From: Bugula neritina
Lineage: Eukaryota; Animalia; Bryozoa
Reading direction: 5' to 3'
Assembly (NCBI GenBank): GCA_964035545.1
Contig: OZ037770.1
Coordinates: forward strand, 11,242,463-11,306,462
Length of the DNA: 64,000 bases
Under the pieces are notes generated by a model. That model made no database searches. It had not been told where the DNA came from and saw only the letters and a program-made list of their open reading frames with translations. Numbering within the stretch: position 1 is the first letter of the stretch; each line of letters begins with the position of its first letter. Positions 34,001-47,800 of the stretch are shown here, piece by piece. A program made the position numbers and the translations under genes.

Positions 34001-37000
34001 TGAGTTATATAAACTGGGTGGTGTTTTTATTCACCAGGCTGATGTGCCACTGGAGCTGTTAAGGCTGGCTGCCCTCCGGTCTGTTACAGTAGGTACTAAG
34101 GCTAAGCCTTCTCTTGGGTCTTCTTCGTCCTCATCTAAGAAAGTAACTCGTCAAGCACGGAAGGTCTCTCCAAGAGAAACTTCCAGAAGCTCTAATGGCA
34201 GTCCTTCCAGCTCTGTCGCAACTTCTACCCCTACTCTATCCCCAACTGACTCTAGTAAAATGGCTAACATAAAGTCATTTGACTCCTCTCTGCCTGATGA
34301 AGATATCGTTGCCGCGGTAACCACCCTGCCTCTGGCGGGAGCGTCTAAGGATCCTGCAGTGGAGAATCCTTCAGCTAAGCTCAGACGTAAATGTAAGTGG
34401 GAGAAGTTAGCTCGTGAAATACAGCAAAACTCGGGTAGAGACGCACCAAGCGGTGCTTTGACGTTAAGTTGTGAGAAGATGGGAAACTCTGTTGGTAAAA
34501 AGGGCGTAACTCCAGACGAAATTGACAGTAATGAGCCAGCCAATCAGAGAGCTGTAGTTGATCATGAAAAAGCTGTGGTTTATAATGAAAACACTTTAGT
34601 GAATGAAAAAGCTGAAACTTGTAATGAAAAAGCAGAAGTTGTTAATACATTCAAAGCTGAAAGTATTAAGTTGAAAGGCAGCCAACCAGAAAGTCTGTCT
34701 AAGAAAGCAGCTGACATTACGGAATCAGTCAGCATGGACAATACATCAGTGGCTGAAGGAACACTCAAAGCATTTGACTTGGTGTCAGGTGCAGTAGCCA
34801 ATCAGACTGCCCCAGTAGCCAATCAAACTGCACCAGTAGCCAATCAGACTGCACCAGTAGCCAATCAGACTGCATCAGTAGCCAATCAGACTGCACCAGT
34901 AGCCAATCGGACCGCATCAGTAGCCAATCGGACCGCATCAGTAGCCAATCAGACTGCTGTTGAATTTTCTAACAAAGTGAAACCAGAGCTTACGAAACAG
35001 ATGAGTGGTTCAAATGATGACATCATTATTCTCCAGACTGGAAACAAGCCCAAGAAAGTCGCCAGAAATAAAAGTGAGCGATTATTTGATAGTTGAATTG
35101 TGCCTTTGAATTTTACAAGACTTTTAGAGCATTGTTAATCGTGATTTTTATTCTGTAGGTAGACAATCCCAGTCTGATGCTCTACTCTTGGGCTCTACAG
35201 ATACTACGAGTCTTCTCTTAAAGGTAATATGCCTAAAATTTCAAATTTTTTGGCAATCATTTCTTTTTTAGAATATTCGGCTGAGTTTATATGGCTCTAG
35301 AGTAATAGCTGTGGTCACCACAAGAGTATAGTTCGCTTCAGTCATTAGCTGTAGTCTTCAGTTGAAGTAAATGAATGTAATATACTCATAGTATCATGTT
35401 TAAGATGTTTTACTAGGGTGCAGTAGCTGGAACCTCAATGAAAGTGAGCAATGTAATTACTCCACTGCTTGCACTTCCTCCTGCACCAGATCCTCACCAC
35501 CCAGAGGTTGTGGTCCTCGACTCTGACACCAGTATGGAGAGCACTGTTCAGCCACCTCTACCTCCACCACCCCCTGGTTAGTTCATCTCGCTTCTCTCTC
35601 TCTCTCTCTCTCCCTCCCCCCTCCCCCCTCCCCCCTCCCCCTCTCCCCCTCTCTCCCTCTCTCCCTCTCTCCCTCTCTCCCTCTCTCTCTCTCTCCCTCT
35701 CTCTCTCTCTCTCTCCCTCTCCCTCTCCCTCTCCCTCTCCCTCTCCCTCTCCCTCTCCCTCTCCCTCTCCCTCTCCCTCTCTCTCTCTTTCTCTCCCTCT
35801 CTCTGGTGTGTAGTCAAACACCTGAAGTAAGAAAATAATCTCCTTAAGTTTACAAAATGCAAACTGAAGTAATTTTATCTTTTAAAACTCACACAAGTTT
35901 TTAGTCACTATCCCTGTGAGAAACCCTGATGCTAAGGACTTATTCATATGTGGCACAGGAGCAATTTAAGAGAGCTTGAGACAGGCATAGTGTTTGTGCA
36001 CTTCAAAATATATTCTGTAGCAAAACCGAAGTAGTTATCCCTTTATACTAGATTAAAGATTTAGTCTGTCTTTCTAATGATGAAACATATGTCGGAACAC
36101 CTTTAAGTTTGCATCTTTCTGTTTGTTCAGAACCGCCGATAAAAATACACGCGGGTATGCACCAGGTCAGGAAGGAAAGGTATATAAAGACTTTAGAAAT
36201 GATTGAGAACTTGGGTAAACCAAACATTGAAGAAGGTTTGTTGTCTTCTTTAATTTGCTCATTCTATGCTGAAACATGTTTTGGGTTTGTTCATTGCAAT
36301 ATAATTTGCTTTCGACTATAAATGGCTGTTGGCAGTGAGTTTAAAATTATTGCTTTTTTAGACTGATACTTTAATTCTTGAATCTCAAAGATCTAAATAT
36401 TTTGTAAAAGAAAAAATGTCCTTATATTTTCCTCAGCGTTAAGTCCGTCAATAATTGGTAGCTCCTTACTTGTTTAGACTGAAAAAATTTTTTGCTATAT
36501 TTTTTTCAATGAAATGATTCTAGTGTAAAATTTTGTAATGCGACCAGCTGCATGTATCCCGCATAATTACTCTGAATTGGGTTTCATTGGCAATAACTGT
36601 ATCAAAGTATGTTCAATTTCAATGCTCTCCTTTTATATAACCTCTCCAATAAGTATCGGTGTTTCAATTTTCTAAAATAATCTGTTCCTGATTTGAAAGT
36701 TTTCACTAAAGAAGTAGGTTGTGCTTGTTGGCTGTTTGGGTGATTTTTACATAGCTACAACCCTACTGTGTATGTAATATTGTGTTGCAGTTATTCAAGG
36801 AATGCAAATGTCTGCCATTCCTATTAGTCGTATGACATTATTCCAACTAAAGAAAGAGATCTGGAGTGTTGGGGTGGCTATTGAGAATGCACAAAGGACA
36901 CTGAATACGTATAGAAATGTGAGTGTTGAATGTTGGTGAACCGATAATGTTTATTTGCTGTACTGTTTTTTAGCGTTAGTTTAGTTTTTAATGTTTCCGT

Positions 37001-38835
37001 TTCAACGGATAAAAGATGTAGCTTTATCTGATTTTTAAACTGTTTTCTTTCACCTGCAATAAACTTGAGTTTAGTGAAAGTTTGTGTTTTATGAAGGCTC
37101 AATGTGATGTAGGGTAAAGGGAAGACCAAGAAAAAGGATCGGATTATACTGCGTGGAGCCTACAAGGCAAAGTTGGAGCGGATACTGTATAATAGGACCT
37201 ATAAACCTCACTCACCCGTCCCCTCTACACAGGCTACAGATGTGTCTACTGGTATTAAGGAAAAATATCCCTCCGGAAGTATTTTTAAAGGCAATTCTCC
37301 TATTCCACCTGCTTCAACAACAATCAACCAAACAGCTAGTTTTTTGACAAAAAATGTGCCTAAAGCTATTTATACGAGAAATATGCACACTGCTAAACTG
37401 TTCACTGATTTCAATGTAAACGTTCCTAAAAGTTCATCTTCTCAAAATTCAGTTCCTGCCTTTGCTCAAAACACTACTCGACTAGTTGGCACGTCTGCTA
37501 CTGGAGTAGTTGGTACGTCTGCTGGTGTAGTTGGCACGTCTGCTACTGGACTAGTTTGCACGTCTGCTACTAGACTAGTTGGCACGTCTGCAACTGGAGT
37601 AGTTGGCACGTCTGCTACTGGACTAGTTGGCAATTCTGCTACTGGACTAGTTGGCAAGTCTGCTACTGGACTAGTTGGTACGTCTGCTGGTGTAGTTAGT
37701 ATATCCGGTATACAAACACCCACTGATACTCAACAAAAGTACGCTGGGTCTAAAACTGGAGTCAAACTGAAGAAGCAGCACTCAGCTGTGGTAAGCACTA
37801 ATACTCAAACTAATGTATCTATTTTGTACTAGCAAATGTAGCTCTTGCTACAACAGTTTTCATGCCGCTTATTAGTTATTTCTGTAATAGTTGTTATGAG
37901 GTTGTGAAAGAAACGGTAATGCATAAAATGAAGGGAAATTAAATTTATCATAACTAAAAAATTTCCTTTCAATAATATTCTGAACTAAGAATTAGCGAAA
38001 AGTGCCTCATCTTAACATTACTGATTGCAGAGTTGACATAAAAGTGGCACTTGCTTTGAATATATGCCTAGTTCAGGTTAATACTGTCGCACTCAGGCAC
38101 TCACTCAAGTTTATAGTCACCATCCCTGTAAGAAACTCATGATGGAAAGGTTCTTTTTGTTGAATTGGTCTAAAGGTTAATACTATCTGATGAAGTCATT
38201 TACTTGTAATGTTTGTCTCGAGTCTCATGTATGCTTCTTATTGTCATGTTTCAGACTCGCACCACTCTACCCTCTACTATTCCCGTCATACCCTCTACTT
38301 CTCACACCTCCAGAGCCTCTCCTCTTGATGACCTTGACCCTGAGACTTTGAGGAAACAGGCTCTGGACTCTCGCAACACCTACAGTTCGGGGGCGAAGGT
38401 CACACCCCCTAAAGCAAATACAGAAGACGAGTTAGACCCTGAGACTCTTAGAATGCAAGCGCTCATGTCTCTACCTAACAAAAAGGTTCGTTGAAGACAA
38501 AGTTTTATCTGATTGGCAAGATGTAAACCTTTCTAGTCATTGCTGAATACTCACCCTGGTGCATTCCGGTATCTGAATGTATTTGTAGATAATGCCTACC
38601 AAAGTTTCCTCTAAGATGACCTCTAAATCTAGCCGTGAAGTGAAACCCATTCCTCGATCTCTGAAGAAATCGGAAGCAGGTCTAGAAGTAAAAGTTTCAT
38701 CAACAGCTTCCAAGGTTGGTGCAGCTGAAGCACGAAGTATCTAGTTTTGTTTGTTTGAAAGAAAAGGTTTAATCAGATATTTGGACTGAAACCTCTGCAG
38801 CTGCATTTCACTAAGATGCTCACTGCTATACACAC

Positions 38836-38872
<37 letters not shown>

Positions 38873-41800
38873 TATACATATATATATTTATCTACGAGGT
38901 TTCTACTGCTTTGAGGCCCTAAATATCCCACAATCCACTTTCTCATTCTCTCACATCTACAAGTCATGAGTAGCGACAGTTATTGTGTGACTTCTCCAGG
39001 CGATGAGACCACGTCGTATTGACCCTGTCGTCATCAACTTGGGCGAGGAGAGCTCTGACGATGAAACTCCAGCTTTCACCTCCTCAACCTCCAAGCCTAC
39101 TGTGTCGGCAGCAATCAGCGAAGGTGTTGGCAGCATGCTGAAAGAACTTCGGCAGCTATCTACCTCAGCCAAGGTTGGTCACTGCTGAGTTTCATCTCTG
39201 ATAGCAGAGAAAATTGCTCTGCAATTTTTATGCTTTTAGAAAGGAATTTGTGAAATGAGATACCCATGAATAGTGCTTCTAAGTAGATAGGAATGTGTTC
39301 AGCAATGTTCTGGTTTGCTGGGATTGCAGGGGAAATAGGCTACCATGTTGTGGTAAAGCAGTAATATTATTGGTCCACCACACATCAGCTCCTTATTCAG
39401 GTTATATATCTCTCAGCTTTCCCTCGCTAATTTGATTAAAAATTAAGTTGGTGTTTTGTTGAGTTATTATAGAAACTAGCATGCTGTTAAGTTTGATTTA
39501 TAGAGACAATAAAGCCATTAGTTTCGGTGGTGATAGGAACTGGTTATGGATATCAATACAAATAGAAGTAACAGTGATCTCTTGGTTTGGAAATCTTAAC
39601 CTGCTACCTATATACTGAGTTTTCACTGCTAGTCTTAGTTGAGACAAGCATACTGTTGCATTCAATTGATGTGTCAGTCACTGTTTTCTATGCAATTGGA
39701 CACTCCCTATCAATTAGTTACTAAGACTATGCTGTATTACAACTCACCTGAAATATTAGTACGAGTTGGAAGCAATGCTAGGTTACTAGGTAATATCTAG
39801 ATTCACTTGCTCTTTCTCTCTCCATCTATACTACTCAGTAATCTGTGATGTTACAGCCAGCCACACCCCCTCTGATTTCCCCTACTAGTGATTCCATTAA
39901 TCTCCTATCTGAGGACAAGAAGCTGGAATATATGCAGATGAAAGAGGAGTATCGCAGGAAGGCTAAGCTGGTAGGTGTTCTGTATCCATCTTGGTCTTCA
40001 CATTAGATGTACTATATGTCAAAGTTGTCCTCTTTTTAAAATTATTTTGGAAGTCCACAAAGTAGTATGAAAGATTAATTAAACAATTTGTTTAATATTT
40101 TTGTTTTTTATTTATTCAATAGACTATCTTCTCACTTGTCAACTCTTGACATTTCCTGTGAAAGTCACTTCATTTCTTTATGTATTCTCAACCTGGTATC
40201 CAGAATATGTTCACCACGGAGTACTCTGCATACATTCTAATCTTTCTCTTGTAGATTCAACGGAAGAAGTTACCCGTATCAACCCACACTTCACAGCAGG
40301 AAACAGTTCCTCGGGCTACGGCAGTTTCACAGGCTAAGCCACTTTCACAAGTTAAGCCAGTTTCACAAGTTAAGGCAGTTTCACAAGTTAAGCCAGTTTC
40401 ACAAGCTAAGCCAGTTTCACAGGCTACAGTAGCCTCACCAGTTCGAAATATCAACTCTACCGTGGCAGGAAGTACACCTAGCATAGTAAGGACAGTCTCA
40501 GGTTCACCTAAATCTGGTACTGCAGCGTCACACGCTTCTCTCACCAACAGCCATGATACTCGAGAATCTCAACTTCCTGCCGAGGCAAAGAATTCCAATG
40601 TCTCGGAGGTCAAGGCTGGAAGGCGGGTGACTAGAGTTCGGTCTACGGGCCTCAAGTCCCCAAGACTAGCTGCTCAACCTCTTGGGAGGTCCACCGCCAT
40701 CAGACGAGGCATCAAAGAGGCTGCTAAGGAAATCGCTGCCAGAAGTAGAAAAGTCCATCAGCTGCGAGCCTCGATGGAACATGAGTTTCAGGTAAGCTTT
40801 GACTTGCGCTGTGCAGGTGGTCTGCTACTGGCTTATTATTCGTCTCTTCATCATGTAGTAATGATAACTTGGATACTGGCCGTGACGTGGTAGTAGAATT
40901 GAGGGACGGGAAATCAAGGACTCTCAGTTTTCTCGTTACAGATAAGTGTGTTGGTCTTTGATACGAATGTTAACTTTGTTTCAGCTGCTAAAAGAAGCTC
41001 GGGGAAGACTTTTAGCTTTAAAAGAGGAAGAGAAGGCTTTGAAATCAATCCAAAAAGATGACAGAGCAGCAAGAAATACTTCCGCTACTCTTTCCTCTCG
41101 TAGAAAGTCAGCGTCGTCAAGAAGGGAAATGGCGGTTGCCGCTCTTTCTACCAGCTCCCCATCTACTTCCTCTTCCAAGCCTCTGGTGACATCAACAGCC
41201 ACAGCTGGACCTTTGACATCACAGTCTGGTGTCAAAGTTGAAGCAGAAGGAAGGGTAGGGGAAGAGGCTCCCCCTAATCCAACAGAAGTAGCTGAGTCTA
41301 AGGTGCCACTGGCGCCTGCTGTAGCTGCTCCAGTTTCTTCAGCTTCAAATATTTCCCAGGCTAATGAATTGTTTAACCCTACAAATGGTGGAGAGATTAC
41401 TGTTGCAGGGCCCAGTTCTCAGCCCATACCAGGTTCAAATAATGCCGTTTCCATGGTTACTGCAGAAGTCGACGCTAAAGTTGCAGATATAAAGACGGAA
41501 GAAGGAAATTCTGAGAGTATTCAGAGACTGAAAGCGTTGGAAAGTGCTTTGAAGTTGAAGGTAAACTAGCACATCTTCTTGTAGAATTGTTAGTCTAAAC
41601 ATGTAAAAGGACGATACGTCACATTCATAACTAATAAACAAGTTATTTGATGTCTATCAATGATATTTTACTGTGTAACTTATAGCAAACTAACTTCTGT
41701 CACAGCTTAATAATTACTGGTAGTTTGGAGTTGTGTTCTCTGCTGAAAACGTGAAAGTATTTGTTTGCATAACTTTCAGCATGCATGTTTCACTGCAGTA

Positions 41801-44800
41801 TATACGGTATATGTGCGTATAAATCTTTCTCAGCAATTATGTCTGTTGCAGCTGAAGGCCAAATATAAGAGAAAGCGGACTTTGAAGGAGGATGAAAAGT
41901 CTGGCGACGTCATCTTACTACCAAAACTCTCCGAGTCAGACGGGCCGGATAAGGAACCCCCGCCAAAAAGACGGCGCTCGTTGTTGGACCTCCCATCACC
42001 AAAAGCGGTATGTGGACTTTACTGTATTTGTTATACTGGCAAATAATTAATTGCTGAAAACTTGCTTAGCTTGTGAAACTGGCTTAGTCTGAAAAGTGTT
42101 AAAATTTCTTTCAAATTTATTGTTGATTTTTTATTAAATATATTAGAGTTATTATAGTCAGACTAACTTGAGAGTTTCACTTATTTTAGACTGAGGAGGT
42201 GGAGAAAGAGAAATGTATGGCTCACACCTCTTCCACATCTGATGTGTATCATGCTGATTTGTCACTAAGAAAACAATTGGTGAGTAGTTTACGCTGCCTC
42301 TTTGTATTCTGATGCAGATTTCATCTATATTTTACTTTGAAGGTTACCTTGATTTGACCTTGACACAAATTTTGTCCATCTTGAAGTTTGATGTAGTTAA
42401 CACCTCTATCTAACCTCAAAGTTTAATGTAGATTACAGTTTGTCTTGCGTCTTATTACTGCTTCCTTTTCAATTCATCATTTACTGCATTTCTTATTTTA
42501 GATAAAAGGTTCCAATGATGCCATTTATCTGCTGGTGGAACAGAATAGACACACTGAAAGTTTCTCTTTTCTCTCGGTGAGTGTCAGTTTTCAGAATATT
42601 AGGTTTTTATTTCAGGAGTTGTCTTTTCACTACTACTACTTGTTTATTTTTCTAACAACAAATTGCTAAACTTCCTGTAACTCACTGTATTCACTGACAA
42701 TGTGACACCTCGTAGCAGGTACCTGCTCTCTCCACCGAAGATAGTGATGGTAGCTCAGGGAGAGTGCTGGCATTATACAACTCCGGGGAGACAATTACAA
42801 AGTCACATCGCCTCAATTCTGCATATTCCAGTGTTCTCACAATGTTTGACACATACAGGTTGGCATATACTCAGTCGAGTTGATCCTTTCGTGTTTTTAA
42901 ATATATTTATGTTTTTATTTTGAAAATTTACCACAGTTTATATATTGTATGTTATACTTGATATACTAGTTAGTTTATAGCTTAAGTCTTTCAAAAGTAA
43001 AATAACTAAACTTGTAGTTGCCTTTTCTTGGTGAAATTATGGCTTGGCAGAGCAGGATTATTTTTTTGTAATAGAATCACGTGAATTTGCTTTTATTACT
43101 CTGCCTCTGTAACTGTACTTGTAGCATAATGTAATTCACTCTAGAAATTTCCTTATTCTTTGCTGTTGGTAAATATCCCTTGGTACTAAGGCTATGTGTG
43201 CATTTTGTTATATGCCCACATATAGCCTAAGTACCAATGGTTTTCTATCTAGTTTCGCTGTTAGACTTTCAAAATCATGTGCACTTTTGCTATTCACATT
43301 CAGGTTGAGTTCAGCGTTCAGGAGAAATGAGAAGACAACTCTGCTCTCTCCTTCTTATAATCACCGTCTGGACCCAAGGAGTTGTCTCTGTAGATATGAC
43401 TTACACGGCACATGCAACGACTCCAAGTGCACGGAGTAAGTGTTGACTTACTTCTAAAGTTGGCTGATTTGTTGCATTATAACAATAATATTCATGCTTA
43501 GTCTCCAGGCTAAGGCCATTAGTGATGTTAGGAAGAGTATCCACTCATAGTTGCTCCTGTGCCACATATGAAGAAGTCCTTAGCCTGCTTTAGCAGAAAT
43601 CCTTTCCATTAGGGGGTCTAACAGGGATGGGGACTATAAACTTGCTTGAGCTTATATGCTTAGTGCATCTCAATTTATTTTGTAGCCAACATAAAAGGGA
43701 TTACATGCTGGATTTACCATCAAGTATCGAGAGTTTGAGATCTTTAGCAGGCCATTCGTTCTCAGGTAAGTATTTTAGTTTAATGCCTTATGAAATGAAT
43801 TTTTTGAAATTATTTTCTAAAATGTGATGAACCTGATGTAAGCTCATGGTACTGTAAGCTGGTGTTTTGTTTCAGAGAGTATCGCTGACTTCATAGAAGG
43901 CTGCCGTTCTAAGAATGCTGCCATGACCAATGAGCAGATAATAGAGGCTGCTGCCGATCAGGTCCTCGAGTCTCTCAAAGCTGGTTAGTCTTCGAGTTCA
44001 CACAACTCTTGTAACTGCAAGTTCAGCTTCTCCACCCCCTTTGTGTTTTAATCGGGAGATATTTGATAGAGAGGAGTTCTTTATTCTATTGCAATCAACT
44101 TGCATTTATTACACACTTATTTGTGGTCTGAAAAATATGCATACTTTGGGATATTCGTATTTTGGTACTGACCTTTGGTAGAACTAAGCAAGATTAGAAT
44201 ATAGACAACAATATATCTATCAGTTACTGAGAATGATGTGCATATAAATGTCAGCAGGTGCTTGTTTCATTTGCAGAATTGCCATTCGTCATACAGTTTG
44301 AAGCACCTGCGGTGCCTGTCGCTTTGACCGATAAACTCCCCAGTGTCACAGAAGAGTGTCGTGTTGTCAAAGCATCTACCAACAAGTTTACTAAATCATG
44401 CTCTAAACTCCCTGAAGATGACGTCATGTTTGGAGCTGATGTCAGGTAACCTATGCGCTGCTCTAATTGGTATAACGGCTTCTTGTTCTCTAAAGTCAGC
44501 CTACATGTCTAATAAACCCTGTTCTCTCTCATAGAATGTCTGTGATTTATAAACTTCTATGGTGCCATCCATCTAAAGCTATTATGCTTTATTGTTCTGT
44601 TCTATGATGCCACCTAAAGCTATTCTGTGTTCTACTGTTCTGTTCTATGGCAGCACCTAAAGCTATTATGCTTCATTGTTTTGTTCTGTCAGGTACTACA
44701 TGGATAATTCGAGTACTATTGAAGAATTGGAGAGATCCCTACTCCTGAATGCTCACAATGTTAAACTCTGGATGAAACTGGCATACAAAAAGTTGTATGA

Positions 44801-47800
44801 GGATGGGTAAGTGTCAGTCACTTGTCAACTAGTGTCAATCATGTGTCATTCACGTGTCACATAGTGTCAGTCATGTGTCATTCACGTGTCATATAGTGTC
44901 AGTAATGTGTCATTCACTTGTCACATAGTGTCATTCACGTGTCACATAGTGTCATTCACGTGTCATATGGTGTCATTCACGTGTCATATAGTGTCAGTCA
45001 CTTGTCATATGGTGTCAGTAATGTGTGTCAAGTTTCTCTATTTTGTCAATACAGTTTTATTTTAATTGTAATATTGGCCTAAAATAGTTTGCAAAAAATG
45101 TGGTTTTTGCACCGGCTTGTACGAAGAAGTACTTTGAGTATATTTTATATGTATTCAACACTAAATAATATTATAATACTCCATTACCTATTAGCTATTG
45201 CTTGTATCTCGCAGCTAATAAACTACTCGGTCATATCACCGTACAGTTTATCTCTTCCTGTGTTTCAGTCCCAGCGACACGTCATTGTCGGAGGCCCTGC
45301 ATATCCTGTCTCTGGCACTAGAGAGTAACCCGAATGTTATGGAGCTGTGGGTGTTCTACCTCAAGTTATACGGACAACAACCAGAGTCAAAGAGAACCGA
45401 TTATTCAGATATATGTGAGAAAGCTCTTGAGAAGCAACCCAAGTATCAACTTTTCTTATTGGTTAGTTACTGAGTTTCCTACAAGTATCAGCTTTTCTTA
45501 TTGGTTAGTTAGTTCCTTCCATACAAAATGCCTGTTACAGCCTTTAATAGTGGCTTTTTTAACTGACTTATCATGCAGAACTATCATTGCATCTGAATAA
45601 ATGTTATTAGACTGGAGTAAGCACTTTACTGTATACGCTGTGTACTCTAAAATAACTATATTAAACAATACAGTATAATGTGCAATATAATACAATATTG
45701 CATATAATAGCCACACACCCTGTGTATATATACTCTGTGTACTTTACACTCATTCTAATAAGTATAATAAACAATACAGTATAGTATTCAATGCAACATA
45801 ATATAATATTGCAAATAGTAGCATCACACCTTATGTGTTTCAGTATATAGACACTCTGGACTCTATTTTGATGAAGTTGGAAGCTTTCTCGGCCATGTCT
45901 GAGTTCCTTTTAGTCGAGGGTACAGAGACCGAGGAAGAAAGGTCGTTTGTCATGCTCGAAACCCTTCTTTACAGCACTTACATGGCAGTAACCTCAGGCA
46001 ATCTTCATAAAGTTAGACTAGGAGTAAGTATTTCATATTGGGTTGATTAGTTTAAGACGCGAGTATCATGAGTGGTATTTACACTAGACTCTAGACCAGG
46101 GGTGTCCAACATTTTCAGACCGAGGGTCATTGAAAGAGAATATTTCATGGCGAGGGCCACATAGAAAGCTTGAGCTAGGAGTCACAGCATCGGTACTTTT
46201 TAAATTACGTTATTCCAAATTCTCATGAAACATTACACAATAAGGTCCAAATAGTTACTGCTTTGTAGCATGTATAGAAATAAGACATTTAAAAGGTGTT
46301 TTTTCACTCGTAATTCACGTATGCATGTGAAAACTAATAGTAGTTTTGTGCTTTGGAGGGCTACATAGATGTGGGCTGGGGCCGCCTGTTGGACAGCCCT
46401 GCTCTAGAGTATACGAGTAGAATGATTTAAATGATGAACATTTTATCTTTTTACGTTGTTTACTAGAAGCAATACATTTCAAGATGTCAATACTTTTGTT
46501 AATCATCATACTATTAACTGTTACTAGACTCTATACTGTGACATTCTAACTGTATACTGTGACATTCTAACTGTATACTGTGACATTAGTGTAACTGTAT
46601 ACTGTGACATTAGTGTAACTGTATACTGTGACAGTCTAACTGCGTACTGTGACATTAGTCTAACAGTATACTGTGACACTGATATGATGGTCACTGCAGG
46701 TGTGCATGGACCCCGACTCCGAAGAGTGTGAAATACTGACTACAGAAGACAGGTTGCTGGCCGTCTACTATTTGGCATACTACACGGCCTTCCGGACTTT
46801 ACCAGCTCTTCTCTTCACTAAAGGTAGGCAACTCTCTTGCATTTACTTTTTTCTATATAGGAATATAAGCACAGCCAGCTGCTTTACCTGTCAGTACAAG
46901 GTTGACATGCTGCAGAGCACCTGTTGGCACCTGTCTGAAACATACTGTTATCATGTAGGTCGACATCTGACATCTAGAAAGCCTCTGTCGGTCAACTGGA
47001 AATCTCTAAATGGTGATAAAGAAACATCTGGTCAAGTGACAGATATTTTCTGTCAAGTCTTAAACTCTATGAACAGGCACATAGTGGACTGTCCACCATA
47101 CTGGGCTATCATACAAACTCTACTTGACCTCCAAGAACCGTAAGTTTTTTATTTGACCATCAATGTCCCAAATTGTCATTTGACTTGCGGACATTGCTCT
47201 TTGTTGATTCGCTTGTATTTTCGATTTTTTTATCCAATAATGGAGCAACTTTAGTTGAGGTTAGATAGTTGTATTCATCAGCCACTGAGCTCTCACTGTG
47301 AAACAATCAACTGTGTGTTGCTTCTATAATTCTGCTCTATTTTGGTAGTAGTGAGAGAATTCACACGGTGGACCGCTGGTTTGCAATCGAGTCATCCAAA
47401 CAATCTCCAGACTTTTGTCTTTTGTACCTCCAACATCAAAGAGAGTTTAACAAAGCTCAGTTCTGGAAGGTAATGAATATCAAGTGTGGTCAAATCACTG
47501 TGCTTGTACATCTATAATTATATTATGTTGTATTGTGTTATATAATACCTTCTGTTATGGATTTTTCATTGGTCACATTTCACCGCCGTGGTCCTGCGCG
47601 AATGGCGGATTGTGTTGCATTACATTATGCCATATATTATGGTATATTTTTTCTTATTGTATTATGCCATGTGGTATATGGTGTCAGTTTGTGATAATTT
47701 TAGAAAATAAACATGTATCATTCTTAGTTTCTCTACTGATTTTGAACTATCTAAACGGGAGGGTAATATGGCCTCTGAGTCAAATAGTCTTGTTTTATAC

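Noticed and set aside
35469-35862. Poly-SP / poly-ER / poly-EG ORFs
   Set aside because: Translations of an intronic CT microsatellite.
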